A stretch of DNA of 64,000 nucleotides from an uncultured Pseudomonadales bacterium (GTDB lineage Bacteria > Pseudomonadota > Gammaproteobacteria > Pseudomonadales > Pseudohongiellaceae). Both the position numbers and the translations under genes were made by a program. Shown piece by piece: positions 10,554-19,848 of the stretch (positions are counted from its first letter, which is position 1; each line of letters starts with the position of its first letter). Under the pieces are notes generated by a model. That model was given only the letters and a program-made list of their open reading frames with translations. It did no database searches and was not told where the DNA came from. Where the stretch lies: NCBI GenBank assembly GCA_905478195.1, contig CAJQHM010000001.1, positions 126 to 64,125 on the forward strand. Reading direction: 5' to 3'.

Positions 10554-11177
10554 ATGAATATGGCGGTTTCTGGAGGGTTAGTTCTGAATAGCTCGGCATT
10601 ATTGGATAAGTTCCTTCAAGGCGTGCAGTCTCGCGCCTTTCGCATTGCTCAGATCGCGACTGGCAGTTCCGAGGATGCATTGGATTTGGTGCAGGATGCT
10701 ATGTTTAAGCTGGTGGAAAAATACTCGGAGCGTCCCGAGCCGCAGTGGGAAAATCTTAGCGTTGAGAGGCAGCAACGCCTGCGGCTTGGGGCGAATCGCT
10801 TTCAACAGATGCAACCACAAGAACGCGAGCGGGCCAAGAACCAACAGCAACGATTTCAGAGTCTTTCGCAGCAACAACAGCGCATAATCAACCAGCGCTT
10901 CCAACGTTTCAACAGTCTTAGCCGACCACAGCAACGCCGACTAAGAAACGTACAAAGACGCTTCCAGAATATGCCCCAAGTTGAACGAGAAAGACTTCGC
11001 GAACAGTTTGAGCAGCAGCGACAGAGAAATCCTCGCCCAGAGCAGAACAACGGCGCCCGCAGCAGCACCCCAGAGCAGCGCATTCGCCAGGTGATTCGTC
11101 AGAATCGGAACGTGCTGCGACCCAATAGGGCGCAATCACCGCAGCGCCCAAATGACACCAGGCCTCCAAACAGATAG
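10554..11177 (+). CDS. Chimeric ORF: ECF sigma factor N-terminus (partial region 2) fused to DUF3106-like Q/R-rich 18-aa repeats; possible deletion product
   Basis: LDKFLQGVQSRAFRIA...EDALDLVQDAMFKLVEKYSERP..W, then five 18-aa [WF]xx[LM] repeats; no sigma region 4. Confidence 0.65.
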   Translation: MNMAVSGGLVLNSSALLDKFLQGVQSRAFRIAQIATGSSEDALDLVQDAMFKLVEKYSERPEPQWENLSVERQQRLRLGANRFQQMQPQERERAKNQQQRFQSLSQQQQRIINQRFQRFNSLSRPQQRRLRNVQRRFQNMPQVERERLREQFEQQRQRNPRPEQNNGARSSTPEQRIRQVIRQNRNVLRPNRAQSPQRPNDTRPPNR

Positions 11178-11187
11178 CATCCTAGAA

Positions 11188-12843
11188 CTAGTCGCCTATA
11201 GGCCAGGCATTGGTAATAGGATAGCGTCGATCTCGACCAAAACCCCTCTGAGTAAGTCGCACGCCTACGGGGCTCTGCCGCCTCTTGTATTCGTTCAAAT
11301 CCACGAGTCGAAGCACGCGCCTTACGATCTGCTCATCGAAACCATGGGCAATAATCGATGTGGCGCTCTGATCCTGCTCTACGTAAAGTTCCAGTATCCG
11401 ATCGAGCACATCGTAGGGAGGCAAGCTATCCTGATCCACCTGATCCGGTGCCAGTTCCGCCGATGGAGGCCTATCGATTACACGTTGCGGTATCACTTCG
11501 TCTGGAGTGTGGGAATACTCAGAATTTCGGTAAGTAGCTAAACTGTAGACCATTGTCTTAGACACATCTTTCAAAACGTCGAAGCCACCGGCCATATCCC
11601 CATAGAGAGTTGAATAACCCACCGCAATCTCGCTCTTGTTACCAGTGGTTAAAACCAGCAAACCCTTCTTATTTGAAATTGCCATCAGCAATACCCCCCT
11701 GCATCTGGCCTGAATATTTTGCTCACTAACGTCAGCCTCGGTATCGGCAAATTGCTCCTCAAGCGCTTCTATAAAAGCTGAATAAACCCCCCCGATCGAT
11801 ATAGACTGATAGTCGACGCCGATTTTCTTAGCTTGCTCCGCTGCAACATCGAGACTCAACTGAGATGTATAGGCAAAAGGCATCATCACTGCCTGAACCC
11901 GGTCACTGCCCAATGCATCCACAGCTATTGCAAGAGTAAGCGCAGAATCGATGCCCCCGGACAAACCTAAAACTACCCCCTTGAATCCATTCTTGTTCAC
12001 ATAGTCGCGAACCCCTAAAACCAGGCTATGGTAGACCTGAGCTTCTAGAGATAAGCTCGCTGCGAGCTGCTGCATGGGTATCGTGCATGGCGCTCCGCTT
12101 TGCGTTGGCTCACGCACGACCACGGGCTGCAAAGTTTCAACATAGCTAGGGGCTAGGCAACGGCATTCTCCAGCAGCACTTACCGCCATAGATCCACCAT
12201 CGAAAACAAGTTCGTCCTGCCCCCCCACCATGTTTACATAAATAATTGGAAAGCCACCTTCCGTACTTCTCGCTCGCAGCAGCTCCTGCCGATCACTCAA
12301 TTTATTCATGTGGAAAGGAGACGCGTTGATATTGATCATCAACTGGGCTCCAGCCGCTCTGGCCTGCAGCACCGGCTCGTGCTCCCACATATCTTCACAA
12401 ATTGTAAACGCTACTTTCTGACCGCCAATTTCCAACACACAGGCTTCGCTACCCTTCTCGAAATAACGCTGCTCGTCGAATACTTGATAATTTGGTAGAT
12501 GCTGCTTGCGGTAATTCGCGAGGCTTTCTCCATAGCCAACAATCGCCAAGGAGTTATATAACTTTGTGGCCTCTCGTTCCGGATAGCCGATGACCAGATG
12601 CGCGGACAGTTTTTCATCCCGAATCCGCTGTAGCGCCTTTTCAATTCGAATAGATAAACTGGCGCGAAGCAGCAAATCCTCAGGCGGATAGCCAGTTAAT
12701 GCCAACTCTGGAAAGACAACCACATCTGCAGAATACTCCTGAATCGCTTGCTTCGCCTTCTCAATTATAAGGGAAGTATTAAAATCAATATCACCGACTA
12801 AAAAATTGAGTTGAGCCATCACAACGTTAATTTGCTGCTCCAT
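11188..12843 (-). CDS. nadE: Glutamine-dependent NAD+ synthetase
   Basis: Nitrilase domain (FPEL, ICEDMW) plus SGGIDS, TGNKSE, PSAEL; start set at ATG of MEQQINVV. Confidence 0.96.
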   Translation of the reverse strand: MEQQINVVMAQLNFLVGDIDFNTSLIIEKAKQAIQEYSADVVVFPELALTGYPPEDLLLRASLSIRIEKALQRIRDEKLSAHLVIGYPEREATKLYNSLAIVGYGESLANYRKQHLPNYQVFDEQRYFEKGSEACVLEIGGQKVAFTICEDMWEHEPVLQARAAGAQLMININASPFHMNKLSDRQELLRARSTEGGFPIIYVNMVGGQDELVFDGGSMAVSAAGECRCLAPSYVETLQPVVVREPTQSGAPCTIPMQQLAASLSLEAQVYHSLVLGVRDYVNKNGFKGVVLGLSGGIDSALTLAIAVDALGSDRVQAVMMPFAYTSQLSLDVAAEQAKKIGVDYQSISIGGVYSAFIEALEEQFADTEADVSEQNIQARCRGVLLMAISNKKGLLVLTTGNKSEIAVGYSTLYGDMAGGFDVLKDVSKTMVYSLATYRNSEYSHTPDEVIPQRVIDRPPSAELAPDQVDQDSLPPYDVLDRILELYVEQDQSATSIIAHGFDEQIVRRVLRLVDLNEYKRRQSPVGVRLTQRGFGRDRRYPITNAWPIGD

Positions 12844-12902
12844 ACCTATCTCTTTACTGTTATCCTTAAATTCATATTCAGACATACCCTGAAAAACCAC
12901 GA

Positions 12903-13022
12903 TCAATAAGCTTTACTGTCCAAACTTATTGGTATAATCACCGCCTACAGAATGCTCAGAATAGCCAGTGATACCAGCAACTCGATCAGAGAGTAACCCT
13001 TGTTTTGATCACATTTTTTCAA
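12903..13022 (-). pseudogene. Remnant of a type IV prepilin (FimT/GspH-like) gene
   Basis: Hand translation from TTG: MKKCDQNKGYSLIELLVSLAILSIL*AVIIPISLDSKAY*; class III signal G|YSLIE with internal TAG (12945-12947), then truncated. Confidence 0.7.
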
Positions 13023-13293
13023 TTTGATGGAATCCGTATAGCATGAAATTTCCGTTTCAAAGCAAACCTTCTGCACAGCCACTACCAAGAACCTCTGAAA
13101 ACCCTTAAAGCCAGGGCTAGAATCCCGAATTTTCAGGCTAAATAACGTATTTGTACAAGTAGTTTGTCGGTTAAGCCGGCTACAATTGAATAGCTATCGG
13201 TAGTTCTACCTAGGTTAACCCTATAGAATCCTCTAGGAAAGACTGTGATTTGGCTAAAAGAACTAATAATTTCAGACTCTTAATTGATTATAC

Positions 13294-13309
13294 TGTGACA
13301 GAATTCACA
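13294..13309. promoter_or_regulatory. CRP/Vfr-family binding site
   Basis: TGTGA-CAGAAT-TCACA, exact TGTGA-N6-TCACA consensus, in the divergent intergenic region. Confidence 0.6.
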
Positions 13310-13450
13310 TCACACTGGTCTATAGGACAAAGAAGGGTCACGACCCCAATTCACACGGGTCGCGCCTATGCGAAGGCTACAGCTCACATTGTACCTTTTT
13401 TGAGCCCTAATCACGTAGACTCTGCTGTTTGAGCCACGCTAGGAATTATC

Positions 13451-14209
13451 TTGGAAATTACCCTTAGCTCAGTCCTTCTGCTTGGCATTACCGGATTCTT
13501 TGCGGGCGGCATTAATACTGTTGCTGGTGGCGGCTCGAACCTCGCTCTGCCGGCGCTGATGGTATTAGGCCTCCCCGCGGATATTGCCAACGCCACTAAC
13601 CGCGTCGCTGTTACTATGCAGTGTTTAGTCGGACTGGCAGGATATGACAAGCACGAAACCCTGGACCGACCGGCTGTTATTCCAATCCTCATCCCAACCG
13701 TAATTGGCGGCATGGGCGGCGCTATTGCGGCGGCACTGATACCCAATCTTTTCTTGAAACCAATACTGCTAGGTACGATTTTGCTGATGGCGCTGGTCAT
13801 TTTACTCAGACCCACGGTCATCGCTCCCCCTCCCGGCACGCAGAACATCTCCCCTAGTGAAAGTCGAGGCGCCTGGTGGGGGCTGTTCGCCGCTGGAGTC
13901 TATGGTGGCTTCGTTCAGGCGGGGGTTGGATTCATTCTTCTCGCCGCTCTAGCCGGTGGACTTCGCTATGACTTGCTTCGCGCTAATGCACTGAAAACAG
14001 CCTGCGCACTGGCATTTACGAGTGTCGCACTGGTGATATTCATAGCGTTCGATCAGGTCTGGTGGATACCCGGCCTGATTCTCGCCACCGGCTCAATGGC
14101 CGGCGCTCATCTCGCTGTAAAAGTCGCCGTTCGCACCTCGCAGGAAAGCATGAAATGGTTTCTCTTTCTAATGACGCTCTTTGCTGTCATCGCTGGACTC
14201 GTGTTCTAG
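13451..14209 (+). CDS. Sulfite exporter TauE/SafE family membrane protein
   Basis: AGGINTVAGGGS, ANATN, GVYGGFVQAGVG; multiple TM helices. Confidence 0.88.
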   Translation: MEITLSSVLLLGITGFFAGGINTVAGGGSNLALPALMVLGLPADIANATNRVAVTMQCLVGLAGYDKHETLDRPAVIPILIPTVIGGMGGAIAAALIPNLFLKPILLGTILLMALVILLRPTVIAPPPGTQNISPSESRGAWWGLFAAGVYGGFVQAGVGFILLAALAGGLRYDLLRANALKTACALAFTSVALVIFIAFDQVWWIPGLILATGSMAGAHLAVKVAVRTSQESMKWFLFLMTLFAVIAGLVF

Positions 14210-15609
14210 CTACCTTGCCTAGTCGAAACGAAGCGCATGGTGATTTTTGCACCACCTAAGTTACTGGAGCCAACCTCTATGGTGCCCCCATAACTCCCGA
14301 CAATGTCAGTAACAACCGCCAGCCCAATTCCCTGCCCCTGTACTAGGGTATCGGCTCTGGCTCCGCGTTGCAGCACATACTCCTGTTTCTCAATACTAAT
14401 ACCAGGGCCGTTATCCTCGATGACAATCTGTAAGCCAGAGGAATCATGGTTTTCAACACTCGCCCGAATACTGACCTTACCCCTGCCGTACTTGAACGCA
14501 TTATCCAGAACATTACCGAGCAGCTCTAGTAGATCACGCTCATCTCCGTAGAACACAGCGTTCTCGTCCAACAATCTGACTAACGACACCGGCTTGTCTG
14601 CGTACACCTTGGCGAGGGCATCAAGAACTTTCTCCGCTACGGGCTTTACCTGCACCTGTCTCGCTAGCGCAGAACGGTTATTGGTTTGCACCGCCCGTTG
14701 CAACTGATAACTAACTATTTGATTCATTCGGGTAAGCTGCTCATCTACCGCATCGAGCTGCTCCTTGTCGTCTGCCTTACTCCTTGAGAGCGTCTGCATA
14801 GTGCCCGCGATCACCGCCAGCGGCGTTTTCAGACTGTGCGCAAGATCACCGAGCGTAGTTCGATATCTCTGCTGTTGTTTTCGTTCTGTCTCAATTAACA
14901 CATTGAGATTATTCGTTACGCGCTGTAACTCTCGGGGATAATTTCCGGCGAGTTGATTCTTATCTCCAGACTCAATCTGTTTGAGATCTCTTGCCATCCT
15001 ATGCAATGGCGACAAGCCCCAACGCATCAGAAAAAACTGAATCAACAGCAGCAGCAGTGCAACCCCGCCCAACCACGACCAAAGACTCGTTCTGAAATTA
15101 GATATTTCTGAATAGTACGGAGCGGCATCTTCGATTACAGTAAAACTGTACTCGCTAATACCATCCTCCCAGAGAATACCGTAGCTCAGCACGAAGTACT
15201 CTTCTCCTTCTGCGCTTAGTGTTTTTGAGGACTGTGTCTCACCGACTTGAACCGGCTGACGCAGTACTTGAGGGTCGGCTAGAGAAAAGGCAAGCGCCGA
15301 GTCACTGCGCCATAATTCACCAAGGCTAGGCCGACTGATAAACCCATAGAGACCCGAATTGAGCTGGCTAAACTTTGGCTCACGCAAGTCTTCCAGGAAA
15401 TAAAACTCGCCATCAGACACTTCCGCCGCTCCCAGCAGAAGATAGATTTGCACCTGCAAGCGTTCGGCAGCTCCCGCTTCAACGCTGTTTCTAAACGCTC
15501 GATCCAATACCACGCCGGTAAGACCTAAAAACACGAACAAAAGAATACTAAACGAGATGACGAGTCGCGTCTGTATAGAATAATTTGATGTTTTTTCAGA
15601 AGTGGTCAT
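14206..15609 (-). CDS. phoQ: PhoQ-like sensor histidine kinase
   Basis: Two TM, HAMP, DLAHSLKTPL H-box, NVLDNAFKY, DNGPG, GQGIGL. Confidence 0.75.
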   Translation of the reverse strand: MTTSEKTSNYSIQTRLVISFSILLFVFLGLTGVVLDRAFRNSVEAGAAERLQVQIYLLLGAAEVSDGEFYFLEDLREPKFSQLNSGLYGFISRPSLGELWRSDSALAFSLADPQVLRQPVQVGETQSSKTLSAEGEEYFVLSYGILWEDGISEYSFTVIEDAAPYYSEISNFRTSLWSWLGGVALLLLLIQFFLMRWGLSPLHRMARDLKQIESGDKNQLAGNYPRELQRVTNNLNVLIETERKQQQRYRTTLGDLAHSLKTPLAVIAGTMQTLSRSKADDKEQLDAVDEQLTRMNQIVSYQLQRAVQTNNRSALARQVQVKPVAEKVLDALAKVYADKPVSLVRLLDENAVFYGDERDLLELLGNVLDNAFKYGRGKVSIRASVENHDSSGLQIVIEDNGPGISIEKQEYVLQRGARADTLVQGQGIGLAVVTDIVGSYGGTIEVGSSNLGGAKITMRFVSTRQGS

Positions 15610-15642
15610 GCAGTGGTGACCATACTAACTCGAATTGCCTGA

Positions 15643-16320
15643 CTAAGATTCTTCAAGGCTGAATCGATAGCCCTGACCGCGAACCGTTTCGATAGGCTTA
15701 AGGGTCTGATCTGGATCCAACTTTTGCCTGAGGCGACGAACGAAGACTTCAAGGACATTGCTATCACGGTCATAATCTTGCGCGTAGAGGTGTTCTGTCA
15801 ATTCAGTCTTCGAAATCACCTGCCCGGGATGCAGCATCAAATACTCAAGCATCTTGTATTCGTAAGCAGTTAGGTCGACAGCTTTTTCATTTACCAATAA
15901 GCGCTTCGCTGAAATATCGAGACTAAGCTGACCGAATTCGAGCTTTGGTTTGGCAAAGCCTGCCGCGCGTCTCAGTAACGCATTTAGCCTGGCTAGGATT
16001 TCTTCCAGCTGGAAGGGTTTGACGACATAGTCGTCGGCCCCGGCATCGAGGCCGGCAACCTTGTCTTGCCAGTCACCGCGCGCGGTAAGTATCAAAATTG
16101 GATATTCCTTGCCTGCCGCACGAACCTGCTGAATGAGGGAGATCCCATCAATCTCTGGCAAACCCAGATCGATGATGGCAGCGTCGAAGTCGTATTCGGT
16201 CGCATAATAAAGACCAGACTTCCCGTCTTCGGCCACATCAACCACATAACCTTGCTTCGAAAGCCCCTGTTGCAATTGCTGACGCAACAAACTTTCATCT
16301 TCAACCACTAATAATCGCAT
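15643..16320 (-). CDS. phoP: PhoP-like OmpR-family response regulator
   Basis: MRLLVVEDE, ILTARGDWQDKV, DRDSNVLEVFVRRLRQKL winged helix. Confidence 0.8.
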   Translation of the reverse strand: MRLLVVEDESLLRQQLQQGLSKQGYVVDVAEDGKSGLYYATEYDFDAAIIDLGLPEIDGISLIQQVRAAGKEYPILILTARGDWQDKVAGLDAGADDYVVKPFQLEEILARLNALLRRAAGFAKPKLEFGQLSLDISAKRLLVNEKAVDLTAYEYKMLEYLMLHPGQVISKTELTEHLYAQDYDRDSNVLEVFVRRLRQKLDPDQTLKPIETVRGQGYRFSLEES

Positions 16321-16395
16321 TCTGAACTACCTCAATTTCTGCCTAGAGAGCGATCAGAGAGTTGTTCAGAGACTCTCCAATTCTCATGCGAAGGC

Positions 16396-16722
16396 TTAGC
16401 CGCCACCGCTTATTCTGCCCGTTATGACGTTCACGAAAACAGTAAATACCTTGCCTTCGTTCTCCATACGAATCTGATAACGCTGGTTAGCACCAACTCC
16501 GATCAGGCTAATTCGTAGAATATTGCCGGCGAAACGCTGCCTTGCAATCTCCACCGCCTGTCTTTCCGTTACGCGTGGTCTGGCCTGTGTGGCGTTTCCA
16601 GTGTTATCGCTACGGTTAATGTCGAGCTGTGCAGGTTGCGCGGGAATATTCTGGGCATGCGCCACCTCGAACACTCCAAAGAGTAGTGCGACTAGCAAAC
16701 TTAGTATCGATGTCTTGCTCAA
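16396..16722 (-). CDS. Secreted PepSY-like protein
   Basis: Signal peptide (AHA), VTERQAVEIA...Y.IRM...V.VNVITG PepSY pattern; upstream of the two-component pair. Confidence 0.65.
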   Translation of the reverse strand: MSKTSILSLLVALLFGVFEVAHAQNIPAQPAQLDINRSDNTGNATQARPRVTERQAVEIARQRFAGNILRISLIGVGANQRYQIRMENEGKVFTVFVNVITGRISGGG

Positions 16723-16774
16723 AATATTCCTCGTTATCCGAGAACCCCATAATCAGATTAAACAGTCGGCCTGA

Positions 16775-17299
16775 CTATAAAACCGGTTGAATGCTCACCC
16801 TCACTCGAATCTCTTCGCCTGGGTCTGTATTGGTTCTTACAGAATACTCCTGCCCGTTATAAAGATAGGTAACCTGATAGCCTGCCAGCCTCTCTTCTTC
16901 GTGCTGCTGATATACGGTCTCACAGCGCTGTACTGTCTGATATTCACGGCTACTGGGTCGTTCGTTGCGATCCATAATATCACGTCCTATAGAGTGTCCC
17001 AACATGGCGCCGAGAACCGCGCCAACACGCTGGTTTGACTTGTTATGCCCTCCAGCGTTGCCTATCGCTCCACCCAAGATAGTACTCACTAGCACCGGTG
17101 TATTTGAACGATTTCCATTCCCATAGCGATCTATCGCTGTTTTCTCTTCCCAACACTGCTCCTGAGGGCTTGAAATCTCGACGAGTTCATAGATCGCGCG
17201 CGATTCAATCACCGGTGCAGTGGCGTAAGTGGTTTCCGCGAATGCCTGCGTGGATAGCAATACCAATGCCGCCAATATGCCTACTAGTCTAGTGTTCAT
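16775..17299 (-). CDS. Glycine-zipper 2TM domain protein (YcfJ-like)
   Basis: Signal peptide, ILGGAIGN...GAVLGAMLGHSIG, C-terminal GYQVTYLYNG...DPG. Confidence 0.85.
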   Translation of the reverse strand: MNTRLVGILAALVLLSTQAFAETTYATAPVIESRAIYELVEISSPQEQCWEEKTAIDRYGNGNRSNTPVLVSTILGGAIGNAGGHNKSNQRVGAVLGAMLGHSIGRDIMDRNERPSSREYQTVQRCETVYQQHEEERLAGYQVTYLYNGQEYSVRTNTDPGEEIRVRVSIQPVL

Positions 17300-17394
17300 G
17301 TCCCATCCTCACTAATCAGAGCCTCATTTACCGCCTGGCTCGAGATGTTTGAGCCACATCTTGACACCAGCCTGGGTTGCTAACCTAACAAGTA

Positions 17395-17415
17395 GAAGCT
17401 GAATTGAAGCTGAAG
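17395..17415 (-). promoter_or_regulatory. PhoP-box-like direct repeat upstream of the glycine-zipper/PepSY/phoPQ operon
   Basis: Minus strand CTTCAG-N5-ATTCAG (9-bp repeat TTCAGCTTC at 11-bp period), followed by a TG-N-TAGGTT -10. Confidence 0.65.
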
Positions 17416-17670
17416 CGAGCATAAGGCATAGCGGGTATTGTGGAGTACTCATGGGCTATTTTATTTGTCGCAGCAGTAGTGTATTTTGTTGCTAGACTTT
17501 CTTGAGAGACTCTCGCTTATAAGACGCTTGGGGGAGAGAAGGTCGATAATGGTCAGAACGGCTCGTAAGCTGCCTCTGCCCGGTCATATTGTTAGCTGTC
17601 CCATAGAGGAGCCCGCGACCCACAGCAGCCTTTCCCCAGCCAGCGTATTAACTATAAAACCAATAAGAGT

Positions 17671-18096
17671 ATGAACATGTTCAAAAAGCCATTTATTATT
17701 TCAGCTATTGTCACGCTTCTAGCCTGCATTCCGCTCTACCTTCTTAGCTCGCAGGAATATTCACTAACAACTGCCAACTTGCCATTATTCGCGCTTCCTC
17801 TATTCGTTATTATATTAATTAGTAGCTTCTGGGCTGCGCAAGGCTCTGCTTTCAGCGGATATGACTACGATGAAAATGAATCGCATTCGCCTAGAGAGCA
17901 AGGCAGTGTGAAGTGGTTTAACGCAAGCAAGGGGTTCGGTTTTATTACTCGCGACAGCGGCGATGACGTATTCGTTCACTTCCGTTCAATTCGGGGTGAG
18001 GGACACCGCGTTCTGCACGATGGACAGCGCGTGGAGTTTGAAGTCAGCGAAGGCGATAAGGGCTTAAAGGCTGACGATGTGGCAGTGGCGGGCTAG
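17671..18096 (+). CDS. Cold-shock domain protein with two N-terminal hydrophobic segments
   Basis: [15 protein letters not shown] (RNP1) and DVFVHF (RNP2) after a hydrophobic N-terminus. Confidence 0.88.
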   Translation: MNMFKKPFIISAIVTLLACIPLYLLSSQEYSLTTANLPLFALPLFVIILISSFWAAQGSAFSGYDYDENESHSPREQGSVKWFNASKGFGFITRDSGDDVFVHFRSIRGEGHRVLHDGQRVEFEVSEGDKGLKADDVAVAG

Positions 18097-18120
18097 GGCT
18101 TGAGGCTTAGTACAACCCTC

Positions 18121-18333
18121 TCAGTAGTGAGGGGGTTTTTCATTTTGATCTAGCTCCCCTCCCTCACCAGGCACTCTCTCGATCGCTTCTTGCAATTGCT
18201 CCTTTACCGCAGACATCTGCCTGAGCAATTCATCAAGTTGACGCTGCTGTCTAATAACAACTTCGTTTAACGCTGACAGCAGATCCTCTTGATAACTAAA
18301 TTTAGTTTCCAGTTCGACTAGTTTTTCTTCCAT
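18121..18333 (-). CDS. slyX: SlyX family protein
   Basis: LETKFSYQE...L coiled coil, C-terminal EKPPHY. Confidence 0.92.
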   Translation of the reverse strand: MEEKLVELETKFSYQEDLLSALNEVVIRQQRQLDELLRQMSAVKEQLQEAIERVPGEGGELDQNEKPPHY

Positions 18334-18502
18334 TTTCCCACCTCTAAACTACTGTCCCTATAAAAAATTTCACCAATATTAGCAATGATTACGCTACCGG
18401 TTGCAGCTGCGCCTAATTCTGTTAATACTACGCTCTATCATGTCGAGTTTTACAGCTAATTCAACCTAGCCCCTATAAGCTACTCTTGCAGGAACCGGAA
18501 TA

Positions 18503-19648
18503 ATGGAAAAAGCCCCGATCAACTGGATGAATATGCTGCTATTCAGCCTAACGCCGGCATTCGCCATAGTCCTGGTCCCCCTATACGGTTATTTTTATGG
18601 CTACGACCTTTATGAATGGGCCGTTTTCCTACTTCTCATGGGCTTTTGCGGCATATCCATTACCGCCGGCTATCACCGCCTCTGGTCCCACAAAGCCTAT
18701 AAGGCACATCCAATTGTTCGCTCAATCTTCGCATTGGGAGGCGCCTGCGCACTTCAAAACGATATTTTAACCTGGGCATCGGCACATAGACGCCACCATC
18801 AATACGTTGATAACAATGAACGGGACCCGTACTCCGCAAGTCGAGGGTTTTGGTTTTCTCATATAGGCTGGATTCTGCGAAATTATGAGAGCGGTCAAGA
18901 TGATTTTTCTAACGCCAAGGACCTCATGAATGACCCAATCGTCATGTGGCAGAGAAAGCACTATCTAAGCTTACTTCTGATTATGAATATTGGCCTGCCC
19001 GCATTCCTTGGGTATATCCACGGAGATATTCTCGCTGGAATCTTACTGGGTGGATTACTGCGCCTAGTTTTAAGCCAGCATGTTACCTACCTTATAAACT
19101 CCATAGCACACATGTGGGGGCGACAGCCGTATAGCGAGAATAGCTCTGCGAGAGACAATACCCTGTTAGCCTTCTTTACCTATGGTGAGGGCTATCATAA
19201 TTATCACCACACATTTCAATGGGACTACAGAAATGGTATTCGGTGGTGGCAGTTCGATCCAACGAAATGGATCATAAGCCTGCTTGCACTGATTGGTCTG
19301 ACCCACGATCTAAAGCGCTGCAATACAGCACAGATCGAGAAGGCTCGCCTGGAACTCCAATACCGTAAAGCGACGGAGAAATGCGAACGCTTCGACATTT
19401 CTGAAACCTGGAGACTTCGCCTGGAGTCAGAATACGAACAGTTTCTGCATACCCTGCAACTGTGGACCGAACACAGACAAGCCTGGTACGAAACTAGAGG
19501 CAAGCAGCTACAGGAAAGCCTTCATTCATTAGATCAACTCCAGCTCAAGCATGGCTACCGTGAGATGCAATTTCGACTAAAGACTCAGAAACGGCGCTGG
19601 CAGCATCTATTACGCAGCCTCGCAGAGCCCAATCCGCAGCTTACATAA
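18503..19648 (+). CDS. Membrane fatty acyl (delta-9-type) desaturase
   Basis: His boxes HRLWSH, HRRHH, HNYHH; GEGYHN. Confidence 0.92.
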   Translation: MEKAPINWMNMLLFSLTPAFAIVLVPLYGYFYGYDLYEWAVFLLLMGFCGISITAGYHRLWSHKAYKAHPIVRSIFALGGACALQNDILTWASAHRRHHQYVDNNERDPYSASRGFWFSHIGWILRNYESGQDDFSNAKDLMNDPIVMWQRKHYLSLLLIMNIGLPAFLGYIHGDILAGILLGGLLRLVLSQHVTYLINSIAHMWGRQPYSENSSARDNTLLAFFTYGEGYHNYHHTFQWDYRNGIRWWQFDPTKWIISLLALIGLTHDLKRCNTAQIEKARLELQYRKATEKCERFDISETWRLRLESEYEQFLHTLQLWTEHRQAWYETRGKQLQESLHSLDQLQLKHGYREMQFRLKTQKRRWQHLLRSLAEPNPQLT

Positions 19649-19848
19649 TTATTACTGCTGACCGTGTAAACGGAAGTATCCGTAGCGCGTTCTACTCTAC
19701 AGAGTTAAGCCACTCAGCTTGCAATTAAGGACGAGGCCCATAATCCAACTCTCATGCGCCTATCGTAATTATAGAGATTCTGGCAGAATTGACCTAAAGC
19801 GGTGTTCAAGTTTGAGAATGGCAACTAACTCACAAGATAGGGAACAAC

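Noticed and set aside
10746..11015. CAG/CAA-rich periodic DNA considered as a CRISPR or tandem DNA repeat
   Set aside because: The periodicity is at protein level (18 aa); there are no identical nucleotide repeats with spacers
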